Assembly: GCF_026571515.1 (NCBI RefSeq)
Contig: NW_026853157.1
Span: forward strand, 124,001-188,000
Reading direction: 5' to 3'
Origin: Ruditapes philippinarum
Taxonomy: Eukaryota
DNA: 64,000 nucleotides
Shown: positions 51,301 through 62,483 of the stretch, piece after piece
Numbering within the stretch: the first letter of the stretch is position 1
Layout of the letters: the number at the start of each line of letters is the position of its first letter
The notes under the pieces: generated by a model
Seen by the model: only the letters and a program-made list of their open reading frames with translations
Databases searched by the model: none
Told to the model about the DNA's origin: nothing
Program-made: the position numbers and the translations under genes

Positions 51301-54300
51301 TGTTTTGCAATATTTCATAATTTATATCTTGTTCTTTTTCTATTTTTTCTATTTCACTTAAAATAACTCCCTCTTTATCTATGTCTTGTTTTTTCCTATA
51401 TGATGAATGCGATATTGTTATTCCTCTAATATTCATGAGTAAAGTTTCAAAAAATAGTTGTTCATTGATATTGAAAATTAAATCCTGTGCTGGGATTTCA
51501 TTTAATTCATCTAGATTTTCTACAATATTAGTTGAGTATTGTCTTTTAGTTTCCGAGATGACTTCTTTTACCTTAACAATGTAAGCCTCATCACGTAAAA
51601 GGGAATTGTTAAATTTCCAGTAAGATCTCCCTTTCCTAAATTTTCCAAATTCTAAGCACATATAAATTAATGAATGGTCGGTTCGATACCCTGGTAATAT
51701 TTTTGTACAGTCAACTTCAGTATATAACTGATCTGAAATAAGAAAGAAATCTAAACGTGCTTTTTTATTGGATTATGCCTAAACCATGTATATTCTCTTT
51801 TTTCTATGTTATTTTCACGCCAGACATCGATTAAATTTAACTCTGAAATAATAGAGTGAACTTTATCCCGAGCATTGGGATTATTCAAATGTAAGTAATT
51901 TTGGCAATCTACTTCTTGATTAAGCACTAAATTAAAATCCCCAGCAAGAATATACAAAGAATTTTCATATTTAGAAAGTCTGTCCAAAATTGAGTCATAA
52001 AACTGAGGAGTATCTTTATTTGGTCCATATAAGTTTACTAGTGTTATGTCTTTTTCACATATTTTACAATTAAGGATAAGTAAATTACCATCATTATCTT
52101 TTTCAATAGCATTTACGTTACAATCAAAATTATTATTAATAAATATGGCAACTCCACGTGACTGGGTATTGTAATTGGAAAAATAAGTTTCATATCCCCA
52201 CGTTGAGCGTATAAAATGTTCTTCTTGACTTGAGAAATGTGTATCTTGCAACATGCAAATAGAGTATTTTTTACTTTTAAGAAAATTTATGACATCTCTA
52301 CGCTTTGCCCTATCAGCCATACCCTGAACATTCATTGAAATGATTGATACCTTATTTGTCATAATAAATAATTAAAATACGCTAATTCGTATGCTTTAGA
52401 TATTGTCATGTAATTACAGTAGCACCATTTACTACTAAGAACAGTTGAAATAAAATCAATAACCTTTAACTTTGCATACCCACAACTGTGCACCACACTC
52501 CCATCAACCCCAAGAGACACCCACCATAAGACAATTCTTTTTTTAATTAAATTCATTAAAAGGATATGGACATTTACTGAATTTTGGAAAAATTGCATAA
52601 AAAGTCATTATCTTATACAGAGAAAACTAGGCATCAGTACTACTTTACAGGTACTTGCCCAAAAAATATTTCATATAACAATATCCAAGCAGAAGGTTAT
52701 TTACACTTCTGCTACAATCTAAACAAAAAGTGAACACAAAATTACCTTATAATATTACATGCTGTGCTACACGGATATCTTTGCTTCCCTTAGTTTTGAC
52801 TGTTTTCTTCAATTCGCTGCAAGAAAAAATCTATCACAAAGTAACGCGTTCATTCATAAACAAAGTAAAGAAAATTCTTTAGGGCTTTTAACTTACACAA
52901 CATTAAGATGTCGCATACTTTATAAAAATTATGAATAAATAAAATAGATTATATTTCATTTACAACCTTACTGATGTCGATGATTAAATTCATTTCTTCG
53001 CGATTTCATATGACAAAGTTATATAATCGGGGCCATTAATCTCGCGGTATCACTAAACTCGCGGTGTTTACAAAAGCGCCACCTAGCCGTTGTAAACATA
53101 AACAATCGTGACCCGATTTCTTCACGCTTACAAAAGAAATATTTTTCATCAACATGCCGCCAATTTGGGTAAGTAAATATACACAATTAATAATATTTTA
53201 ACGTTTTCAAACAAAACTATCAATAATTTCACTCACATGTTCCTGAAAATAACCCAAATCCAACAATGACATCCATCGTCTGTCAAACAACTGAGGCTCA
53301 AAGTGCTAAATTTTATGCAAATTAAGTAGACTGTGTCCAGGCCACTAAATTTGGTGTGAAACCACTAAATATTTTCCATCATTAATATATTTCAACAAAA
53401 ATTAGCTTTACTTATTTGAGTTATTTCCTCTGGGATAAGTTATATTATTTTTTTTTTCAGGACTTAAAAGTGAAAACTATCACCGATAGACAAAAGCCTT
53501 ATGATAGGGAAAATTTGCAAAGGGCATACCAGGCTTACCTTAATGGAGCATCAGTGTATAAAGCCTCAAGGATGTTTGGGGTGCCAGAGAGCACTCTTAG
53601 AGATAGAACAAGAAATAATGTTGCCATTGATTGCTGTTTAGGGGCACCACGTCTCTTCAGTGAGGCTGAAGAGAGACAGCTAGTCCAACATATTGTTTAT
53701 ATGTCGTCTATAGGTTATGGTTATGGCTCCAGTGAACTCCGAGTTATATCAGCAGATTATGCCAAGTCAATTGGAAACTTAACATTAAAAACTCCCTAAG
53801 TAAAGGATGGGTGCAAGCGTTCATAAAGAGGAACTCGGATGAATTAAAAGTTGTGAAACCACAGAAGTTATCCTTAATCGAGCAAAGAATGCCTCAGCAG
53901 AAGTTATCAAAAACTACTTCAATGAGCTGTCCACAGTATTAAGAGAAAATGACCTATTAGACAAACCTCAAAAATATATACAATGTTGATGAGAGTGGAT
54001 TCTCAACTGAGCACAGACCTCCAAAGATTGTCTGTGGAAAGCAGTTTAAGCCCCAATGTGTGGTATCAGAAAAATCAAAAAATGTTACAGTAATTGGATC
54101 TGCTAATGCCATTGGAAATCATATACCCCTTTTTATGTCTTCCCTGGAAAACGCTGGATTGATGAACTTCTTGAAGGTTGTGCCCCTGGATCTGATGGAG
54201 ACATGTCTGAGAGTGGGTTTGTAAACCGTGGGCTGTTTGAGTCATACATGATAACCACTTTTCAAAGCATGTCAATCTTAGAAATGATACTAAGATTATT

Positions 54301-57300
54301 GTTTTATATGATGGATGCAAAGCACATATCTCCTTGACTTTAACAGACTGGGCAAAAAAAAATAATGTTATTCTCTTTGTACTGCCGCCACACTTCATCT
54401 CATCTTACACAACCCCTTGATGTTGGCATATTTGGCCCTATGAAGCGCCACTTTTACAGTGAATGCAAATTATATATGCATGCCAACCCAGGACGGTATA
54501 TTTCCAGATATGAGGTTGCAAAAACTGACTGCCAGGCCATATGCTAAGGCTTTTTGCCCTGACAATATTATACATTCTTTTAAGAAAGCTGGATATATCC
54601 CTTTAATCCAGATGTGATATCCAATAAGCAAACTGCTCCAGCAGAGATATACCTATCAGAGCATGCTCCCTGCACAACAGAGGTGGAAAATGTAAGTTCA
54701 CAGGTTATTAATAGTCCTGTTGAAACTGCTTCCCCTGAAATATCAACTCTTGAAAAAGGAAATCAATTCCTCAAAAGTAAAAAAATCACAACCACAGTTG
54801 TAAAATCAAGACCAAAGAAAAAATCTATTCCTCCAAAAAAAATTATTGGAAATCTTCATTCTGAAAAAAATCAGGAGATTCTTAAAGAAAATCATGACAA
54901 ATCAGGAATTAAGAAAACACATCAGGCAAATAGTCTGAAATCTGAAAAGACAAAAGTAAATGCAAATGTTAGTCAAATAAAAACTAACCCTAAACCATCA
55001 ACATCAGGACTAAATAGTAACAAAGGTGGACCAATAAATCTTGATGAAAGCACTGAAAGTGAGGACTCCTCTTTAGAAGATGATTCTGAGCCCTGTTGCC
55101 AGTGCAAAAATTCTTTTACACCACATTTGAAAGGATATCCAGGTCTGGTAATCCTTAAGTGGGCTCAATGTGACACATGTGGTCACTGGGTACATCTCAC
55201 ACACTGTTGTGAAATATCAAGTATCAGAAGAGGTGTCAGTTTCTTCTGCAAATGCTGTGAATAAATTAAGACTGTCTGTTAAAAATGCAAAAGTTTTTAT
55301 GTTATTGTTGTTGAATTTACTAGTTAACTTGTTGTGACAATGATATGATTTGAAGTTCTTCCTGACTTAAAAAAAATAGTTGTTTTTAACCTTGCAATAG
55401 ACAAATGTGCTTGTATACCAGTCTACCGCGAGTTTAGTAGCCTCCCCTGATTGCAAATGGCTGCCACAATATGACATTTGGTGACCTAATTAAACTGTTA
55501 CTGAGTGACTTCTTCGTTGTACGAATGTGTCATTTTGAAGAAATTGGATGAAATTTAAAGTTTCTGAAAACTATTAGATTTGGTAAGTTTATTTACATAA
55601 ATTATTCGTTGTAAAAGCGTTATTGCCGCGAGATTCGTGGCCCTCGGTATACTATGCATAATTTCTTACGAATTACCGTTACATAAATAAAGAGATTAAT
55701 ACCACAGTGAACCAATAACTAGAATATGCGCTTTATACTTATCTAAAGTTATTGCTAACGGCCTTTTCCTCTTTTTTTCAATATATCCCTTCAATGTCAT
55801 GGGCGCGGCCATTACTATTTACACACGATGCGTGATAAATTGACGTCATAGTTCAACAGAGGTTAGCAGACGGTCATGTGACGAATTTAGAGTTCGTGAC
55901 CTATCAATCGACTTTGATTGGTTAATAAGTTCCCGCGTTTCTTAAAATAGAAAATCTAAAACGCGTCACAGCCATTAGAAAGCCAATGAAACCCGTGTAG
56001 CACTGGTAAACAATAACAAACCCACGTGTTGTTCAATTGACAATAACAAAACCACATGTTATTCAAATTGTCTGAAAAAAGGAAGAAAAAACCCAAACAA
56101 TATAAACAATTAAATGAAGGGGAACAAGTTTTAAGTTATCTGCAACATAATATCAAATGAGCTGCCATGTCTTTCTCATTACACTATCAATTAAATATTA
56201 TGGAAACTACAGCTATTTTACATAAATTTGCACACACACAAACAACAACAACAACAACAAAAACAGTATAATTATATCTGATGAACTGTTTTCGTTAGTA
56301 AACTTGACTATCTGTCCAGAATGAATATCAATCGTTTTAAATTCCAGTTGTTTCAGACTGACACAAGTTTATCTATCAATATCATTTAAAGAAATCAACT
56401 GTCACCCACAACACTTTATACACTTTTAGAATATAGTTACTAAACCTGAAGTACCCTTAGGAGTGGAGAATCTGGTTGTTTTTCCAATGGTGAGTGCCTT
56501 CGATCCTGGAGGGGGTATTTCAATAGCCACTTTGTTAAGCTCTTCTATACTACGGAGGGCGATCTTTCGATTGTCTTTAAGCATGAAGTAAAGCAATAAT
56601 TTTCCCTTCATGGCTCCATACAGATTCCACTTTATCATTGTAATCAAGTGCATCAGATAGAAGTTTTGCGTTATGATGGATGAGATCCTCACGAATGCTT
56701 TTGCCAGAGTCTTTCAAGTTTCGTCGGGCTCGTATGATGTCAAATTTTGTGGTTCGTCTGACAAATTTAACAAGAACCGGCCTGTGACTCTTTGCATCGA
56801 ATCTTCCTAATCTGTGGCAAGCATCTATATCTGAATTTGAGAGGGTTTTCTGTAGTTTGTTTTGAAGAAAAGTTAGAACCTTAGCCAAAGTATCTGTGTC
56901 TTTCTCATTAAATTCGTCTTCTAGCCCATATATGCGTACACTATTGCGGCGTGTATATTGTTCCAGTGCATTGTTTTTCTCTTCTAGCGCTCTGAGCTTT
57001 AGCTCTCGATCATTTAGTCTTTCTTCTAACTTGTCGTTCTCCTGCTTGAGGTCCTTAACCTTTCCATAAAGACACATGTTTTCTTCGTTTATGTCCAAAA
57101 TATTGTTTCTAAGTTCAGTTATCATAGTTGTCATACCCGAAACATGGTCAGATAGAACTTTTACCTCATCTTTTATAACATATACTTCTTTCATAACCTC
57201 TTTTGTAACTTCATCTCTAATCACAATTTTCATATCTTCTAGCTTTTGATCCATGAGGTCTGCTGTCAACATTCCTTTTAGTTTATTCTCTATATACTCC

Positions 57301-60208
57301 TGGGTCACCAGAGTGTTTATAGTTTCTTGCATCTTTCTCAACATATCTCTCTCTGATAACTCTTCTAGCTCTGCATAAGACTTTATATGCTTATCAAGTG
57401 TCTGTTGCCCAACTTGTTGATCATGTTTCTGCCCTTTCTGTGGTTTCGTTGGTTTAGGACTTTGTGCGACGGAAGCGACGGAAGCTGAATCTTCATCAGT
57501 TCCCTTGTGCGTTTTCTTTGAATTCGACCGTGTACTCTCTTTAACCATTTTCATTATTTATTTTCAGTTAACACTTCACGATAATGTATTGTACTCCAAT
57601 AATGTAACACAGTGTGTATTAATAGTGTGTATTAAATTGATAGGTGCATTTATATCTTTCACGAAAACCACGTGCTAAAAATCTACCTGTCCATTGTTCT
57701 TCAAATAAGCCTTAAGGAGCCAGATCTAGTACAAACAAATTGCAGTATACGATTTAAACTACATACATATTATAAAACAGACTTAAATAACCCTTTTTAT
57801 GTTTTAATTGTATTCAAAGCAAGCATGTATGAACAAGCTATGTCCATGGATATTACGTTTTACTTTTGTCAGTGCTGTATAGTATAATAAAATCAAAGTA
57901 GACAATTTTGCGAAAATGCAAACTTACTGCCATTGACAGTGAACAAGTTTTAAATTGATAACTTAAGTAATTTTAAGAGAAAATGTTAACTGAGTCTTTG
58001 TGTCGAAAAGGGGCATAAATGAGCAACATTGAATAACGCAAGTACAAATACAAGTCTCAAATTTTAAAAGTATTCTAAGCCTAAAGTAAAAAGTTGAATA
58101 TTGCTCATTAAGACGGTGCAAAGATGTGTGGACGATAGCTTGCATTAATCACTTCTTTCCATGAAAGGGATCAATGAAATCTCTTTTGTATTTTGAAATT
58201 GCATTCATTATATTTTAATAGTGAAGATAATATATGAATTAAAAGAAAATTCAATTGCAGGAAATTGTGTAAGGAATTTGTGTAATATTTGTAACATTAA
58301 ATTACATCTATAAGGAATAGTATTGTTGAATCAATCACGTTATTTCTTTAATTTACAATACTATCAAATGAAAGCTAAAACATGCTGAACAGTTTAAATG
58401 AGAGAAGTGTCATATCCTTACAACTTATGATATAATACTCATTCTCGGTAGGTCCTTTTATCGTAATGATCGAAAATATGCAACGAAATTCTTGTACACC
58501 ATGTTTCTTATTACAATATATCAATCACAACTGTCATACTAAACATTCCTCCTAGTGTGTGTTCTTTTTCAAAATATAATACATGGAACGATTCTTTACG
58601 GGGGATAGATTAGTATATGACAAGACATCACTTTCATAATAAAAGCAAACATTAGGTTTACATGACAGAAGTAAAATGTTCACATGCGTTTTACTCCTCA
58701 TTATTATCATGTGATTAAATTTTTTCTCATTATATAAACTGGGTTTGGTTAGATTATGCAAAGGATTTAAGATATTAAAAATTTTAAGTGTGGGAAAAGT
58801 TATGTAACTAACTTTTGGCCTGGTGGTGAAGGTGTCTGTAACTACTTTAAGCCTTCTGTGGATACCAGTACTGGTTGTTTAAAGGTTCAGACTTTAGAAT
58901 GGTTCAAATAAGGTGTTAACCTTCTCTACAAAATAGGGCTAAAATAAACATTTTACAATAAGCAATAAGCATACTTTTAATGAACCCAAACTTATATTAA
59001 CACACTTTTGTGTAGTTGCAAAACTTATCATGCTTGTCTGGTTTAATGAAATATAAGTACATGAAGTACAAGTGTTTCATGCTTATATCATTATTTTGAA
59101 AGGTTTAAACAAGCCAATAGACATTGCAAACGACCATTTATATACGGCCATAAAACGTATCAGGAATTTTTATATCGAATTTATTATACAGGTAACTTCC
59201 TTTTTAGAGGATAAAAATGTGATTTCTTCGTTGATTGAAAGCTGCCTTGTATATAAGATTATACGAGTATAAACGTCACGACTATCCAGTGAAAAGCGAC
59301 ATTACAACCTTAGGTAAAACTGGTGGTCTCAATACATTACATTATAATGTATACATAATTATCAACGAACGATAATTGGTCTGAATCTTAGTTTCGTTAC
59401 AACCACGTTGCCACCGATGACTATAGAACTGGTTAGTCCAGTGAACGATTGAAACTTGGTGCTGAATAAATTGGAAATCAGAGTTAAGACATACAGAATA
59501 ACAAAACTAAAATACATGTATATCATAACAATAAAACATATAGAGTGTTATAAAAATATTATATACACATCCATGTATATTGATGATATAATTTATATTT
59601 TACAGTAGTTGACGGTTTAAAGTGCTACACCTGCTCAACAAACTGTGGCGCAGACACTGATAATCTAAATAAGGTAGACTGCAATGGTGGATTTTGTACA
59701 AAGACTGCAGATCAGAATGATAGTAGGTTTTTTTCTCTTTCTTCTGTTCTTGAACTCCTTAAGTATAAAGGCAATTCATACATTGAAAAATAAGAAGTGA
59801 GTATTGTACCTTAAAAACATATTGATTCAAGACAACTGTAAAAACTTTGCGAAAATGTTCTTGAATGAAAATTTATAATAAGAATTTGTACGGAGGAAAC
59901 TGAACTATATCTCTTATGAACGACATTTTCGTTGCCAATAATGCAAAATTGTTACATTAACATATACAATCATGTTCAAATGAGCTTCAAAAATTGTTAT
60001 TTTAAACAATTTATTTTTCATACTTATAGCTATAATCAATCGGGGCTGTTCGAAAACGGCAAAATCTGCTGGATGTAGCAACACCAACAACTTGAGAATA
60101 TGTGTATGTAACGATGAGGATCTGTGTAACGGAAGTAGAATGCAAACAGCCACAGCAACATCTACGATCTTTCTCGTTATTGTCGCCATTATGCTTACAG
60201 TTATGTAA
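42314..60208 (+). CDS. Ly6/uPAR (three-finger) GPI-anchored protein B, 3 exons: 42314-42368, 59606-59722, 60030-60208
   Basis: Phase-1 GT-AG introns join to MNSLVIVSLFGIVLAQLL|VVDGLKCYTCSTNCGADTDNLNKVDCNGGFCTKTADQND|TIINRGCSKTAKSAGCSNTNNLRICVCNDEDLCNGSRMQTATATSTIFLVIVAIMLTVM*. Canonical LKCYxC start, RGC, CxC...DLCN, 10 Cys, GPI-type tail. Exons 2-3 are strong. The link to exon 1 crosses 17 kb and an assembly gap and is inferred. Confidence 0.82.
43058..43713. mobile_element. PIF/Harbinger-type MITE, 656 bp
   Basis: About 40-bp imperfect TIR (AGGCTCGGTCACACCGCAAGAACTTTGCTGGAGCGTTCCT vs AGGCCTGGTCACACAGCCCGAACTTTGTTGTAGCGTTCCT). TTA TSD at 43055-43057 and 43714-43716. Internal ACCGCT/AGCGGT motifs. 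Confidence 0.85.
45499..45929. other. Assembly gap (431 N)
   Basis: Run of N. Confidence 1.
47610..48095. repeat. 39-bp minisatellite in the LINE 3' UTR
   Basis: AAGCAATATTAATCAGT(A/G)CAAATACA recurs with a 39-bp period (e.g. 47884, 47923), about a dozen degenerate copies. Confidence 0.85.
48636..52362 (-). pseudogene. LINE ORF2 (APE endonuclease, RT, C-terminal Cys/His zinc knuckle), split by two frameshifts
   Basis: EN: SMNVQG, LQDTH, SRGVAI, NLYGPN, GDFN, then RLDFFL...TDH after a frameshift at about 51760. RT: GEKPTRYF, PGNDG, NWRPISLLN, DFAAAFD, RQGDALSP, QYADD. Frameshift at about 49015, then WFQFRLNHRIL...CTFC...ETLIHLFYDC. Confidence 0.93.
53022..55651 (+). mobile_element. pogo-superfamily (Tigger/Fot-like) DNA transposon nested in the LINE inter-ORF spacer
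   Basis: TATA at both ends (TA TSD). 26-bp imperfect TIR TATAATCGGGGCCATTAATCTCGCGG vs TATACCGAGGGCCACGAATCTCGCGG. Perfect 14-bp subterminal inverted motif ACTAAACTCGCGGT at 53052-53065 and 55425-55438. Confidence 0.88.
53154..55264 (+). pseudogene. pogo-type transposase: HTH_psq, CENP-B-type HTH, DDE_1 and C-terminal PHD finger; one intron (53169-53460); several frameshifts
   Basis: MPPIW|gtaagt...ttttcag|DLKVKT joins in frame. ASRMFGVPESTLRDR (psq HTH). Catalytic motifs NVDESG (about 53985), LYDGCKAH (about 54305), HLTQPLD (about 54405). C-terminal CCQC...WAQCDTCGHWVH..CC...FFCKCC. Confidence 0.88.
56426..57554 (-). CDS. LINE ORF1 (coiled coil, RRM, CTD; L1-type), probable frameshift near the 3' end
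   Basis: Heptad-rich region, then LEQYTRRNSVRIYGL, DIDACHRLGR, RPVLVKF, IREDL, WSHEGKI. The main ORF stops at 56577 and an overlapping frame continues KDNRKIALRSIEEL to 56426. Confidence 0.88.
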
Positions 60209-60365
60209 ATTATATGAACCATCACGCTTAAAGATGTGTAAATGATATGAGCCTTCACGCTTAAAGATGTGTAAATGATATGAACTTTCGTGCTTAAAGA
60301 TGTGTAAATGATATGAACTTTCGTGCTTAAAGCTATGTTAATTATATGGACCTTCATGCTTAAAG
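60190..60365. repeat. 33-bp minisatellite overlapping the Ly6-B stop codon and 3' UTR
   Basis: GCTTAAAGATGTGTAAATGATATGA recurs every 33 bp. The first unit is the coding end GCTTACAGTTATGTAAATTATATGA. Degenerate units continue to about 60525. Confidence 0.85.
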
Positions 60366-62017
60366 TTTAATAAATTACATAATATCATGCTTGAAGTTTG
60401 ATCATTGATATATATCAGCATGCATACATTTTTGCTGTATCATTAAAGTTGTGTGAATCATGCAATATATCATTACGCTTAAAGATTTATAAATGATACT
60501 CTTAATATGCCTAAAGCTTTGTTAAAGATAAAAACAACGAATTTATACTACTTAATGCATAATTGTAATAGAAATGTTTCACTTAAAATGTTGCATTCTT
60601 TAAAAACTGTAAACGACATTCGACTATGTTCTGAAACATAAAAGAAATGATTGATCTATGTTGCAATAATTCAGTAAATGTGTAAATAATTTTATTAATA
60701 TGGTTATATAAATATGAATTCATGTAAAGACATTTTATCAGTAAAAGAACAATTGGAAACGAACTTCGTTTTTGAATCTGGTAGCTTTTACATGAGCAAA
60801 ACATCGATGAAAAACCTATCTGTAGTTGTCGACCTGAAAATAGTCATCTTTAAAACTCGGACATCAATGATGTCGAAAGATTATCACAGATGTAAAAGAT
60901 CTTACCCATCAATGTACTACCATACTTTGATTAGAAAGTGATTGTATGCTATTAAGTGGTAAGCAAACCACCTTCTTTACCTGATCTGTCACATACTTTT
61001 GTTGGACGTTTCAATGATCAATGCTTCAAACAGAAACCAAAATAAAATCAATAAAAGCTTTTTAGTGTTTGGTAAAATGTAAAAAAAAGTGTGTGGGAAA
61101 GTCAAAGTACTAGTAATTTTTAAGGACACTCGATCATGGTGACTCATTTAAATGTTGACATTGAAACCTTTAGATAGGTGCTAACCAATTACTGCATGAG
61201 CATTTTGTGAAAATGGCTGTTTTCATTGAAAAGTCTCTCGTTACAAGTTCAAATTGCAATAAAACTATAAAAACTGCTTCAATTATAATCAAACTTGGCA
61301 CAAATCTTGACTGGTCCATTGCCTTTGTAACAACATGCTCAGTCTTAAATTTCCTGTTACCATGGCAACGAGGGGACATCTCAAAATTGTCAAAAATCAC
61401 TATTTTGCGTTGATTTTATTCATCAAAATTGATTTCAAAGTACTGAAAAAGTGGTAACTTTTTTAAATAACGTTTCTCAAACAAAACAAGTGTTGGGGGC
61501 CTAAATAAGGCATTTTTTCACCATTTGAGACAACAAAAAGGGAAGGGGTGAAAAGGGCATTTAAAGGCGTGTATATCTGGTAATGGGTTAATTGTTATTA
61601 TTATTATGATAATAATGATCAAAATAAAAACAGCATTTCGAACACATAAATGACCCAAAACATTTGTTTTTCAAATTCCAGTAAACTTCAAATAAACATA
61701 ATATTGAATAGAACACAATAAGTACGCAGTCTATATTATGATAACATGCAGTATACAAACGCACTGAAATAAATATCGTACAGTGTTTAAAATTGTACAG
61801 AACCTATGAGAATATACATCACATATGATTGGATATTTCTCCGACCATGAAAATATTGCGAAAGAATGGAGCAGAAAGATACAATCATAATGTTAAAATG
61901 GCAGACTATATAAGAAATAAAGTGTGTTGCAATGAAAACAAATTTTAATTTAAAAACACCAACACGTTCTACTTATTTAAGAAATACTTTTAACAAATGC
62001 GAGTTTAATAGGTATTT

Positions 62018-62483
62018 ACGGAAGCTTATCAGGGCCTCCACTTATCTAAACGTTTTACGTCATGTCAACTTGTCTCTTCTCGTTTTGACCAAAAACATTC
62101 CATGAAAACGTTATCATTAATACGTAATACGTAAAACATTCCATGAAGAGGTTATGATTAATACGTAATACGTAGAAGTTTTTAGTCATTGCAAAAAAAC
62201 CTTGTTGAATTACGTGAGCTATTTGTCAATGCGAGAAACGTCTTTGCGTCTTACTAAATATTTCAGCAAAGTCGTGAAATCAAGAAGTTTTGACAGGATT
62301 TTTGTCAAAGAGACAAAATCTTCAAGCATATCGAAAAAATAATTCAGTTGCAATGCCTAAAAGCTTCTCATCTTTGTCAGTAAATTTTATTGAGAAATGC
62401 AAAAACATCTTATCAATGTGAATAAAAATAAGTCGACTTAGCGCAAAACATCTCACCAACTGTAGGCCCTGATACGCTTCCGT
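62018..62483. mobile_element. 466-bp MITE with 8-bp TSD
   Basis: TIR ACGGAAGC(T/G)TATCAGGGCCT(C/A)CA(C/G)TT. TSD AGGTATTT at 62010-62017 and 62484-62491. Confidence 0.85.

Larger units (their letters stand above)
47314..57710 (-). mobile_element. Full-length L1/Tx1-clade LINE (about 7.8 kb plus a 2.6-kb nested insertion)
   Basis: Perfect 17-bp TSD CTTAAGGAGCCAGATCT at 47297-47313 and 57711-57727. Poly(A) (T-run to 47322) with AATAAA at 47334-47339 on the minus strand. ORF1 then ORF2 on the minus strand. Confidence 0.95.

Noticed and set aside
59914-60357. 147-aa repetitive minus-strand ORF
   Set aside because: Antisense to Ly6-B exon 3 and its 33-bp minisatellite.
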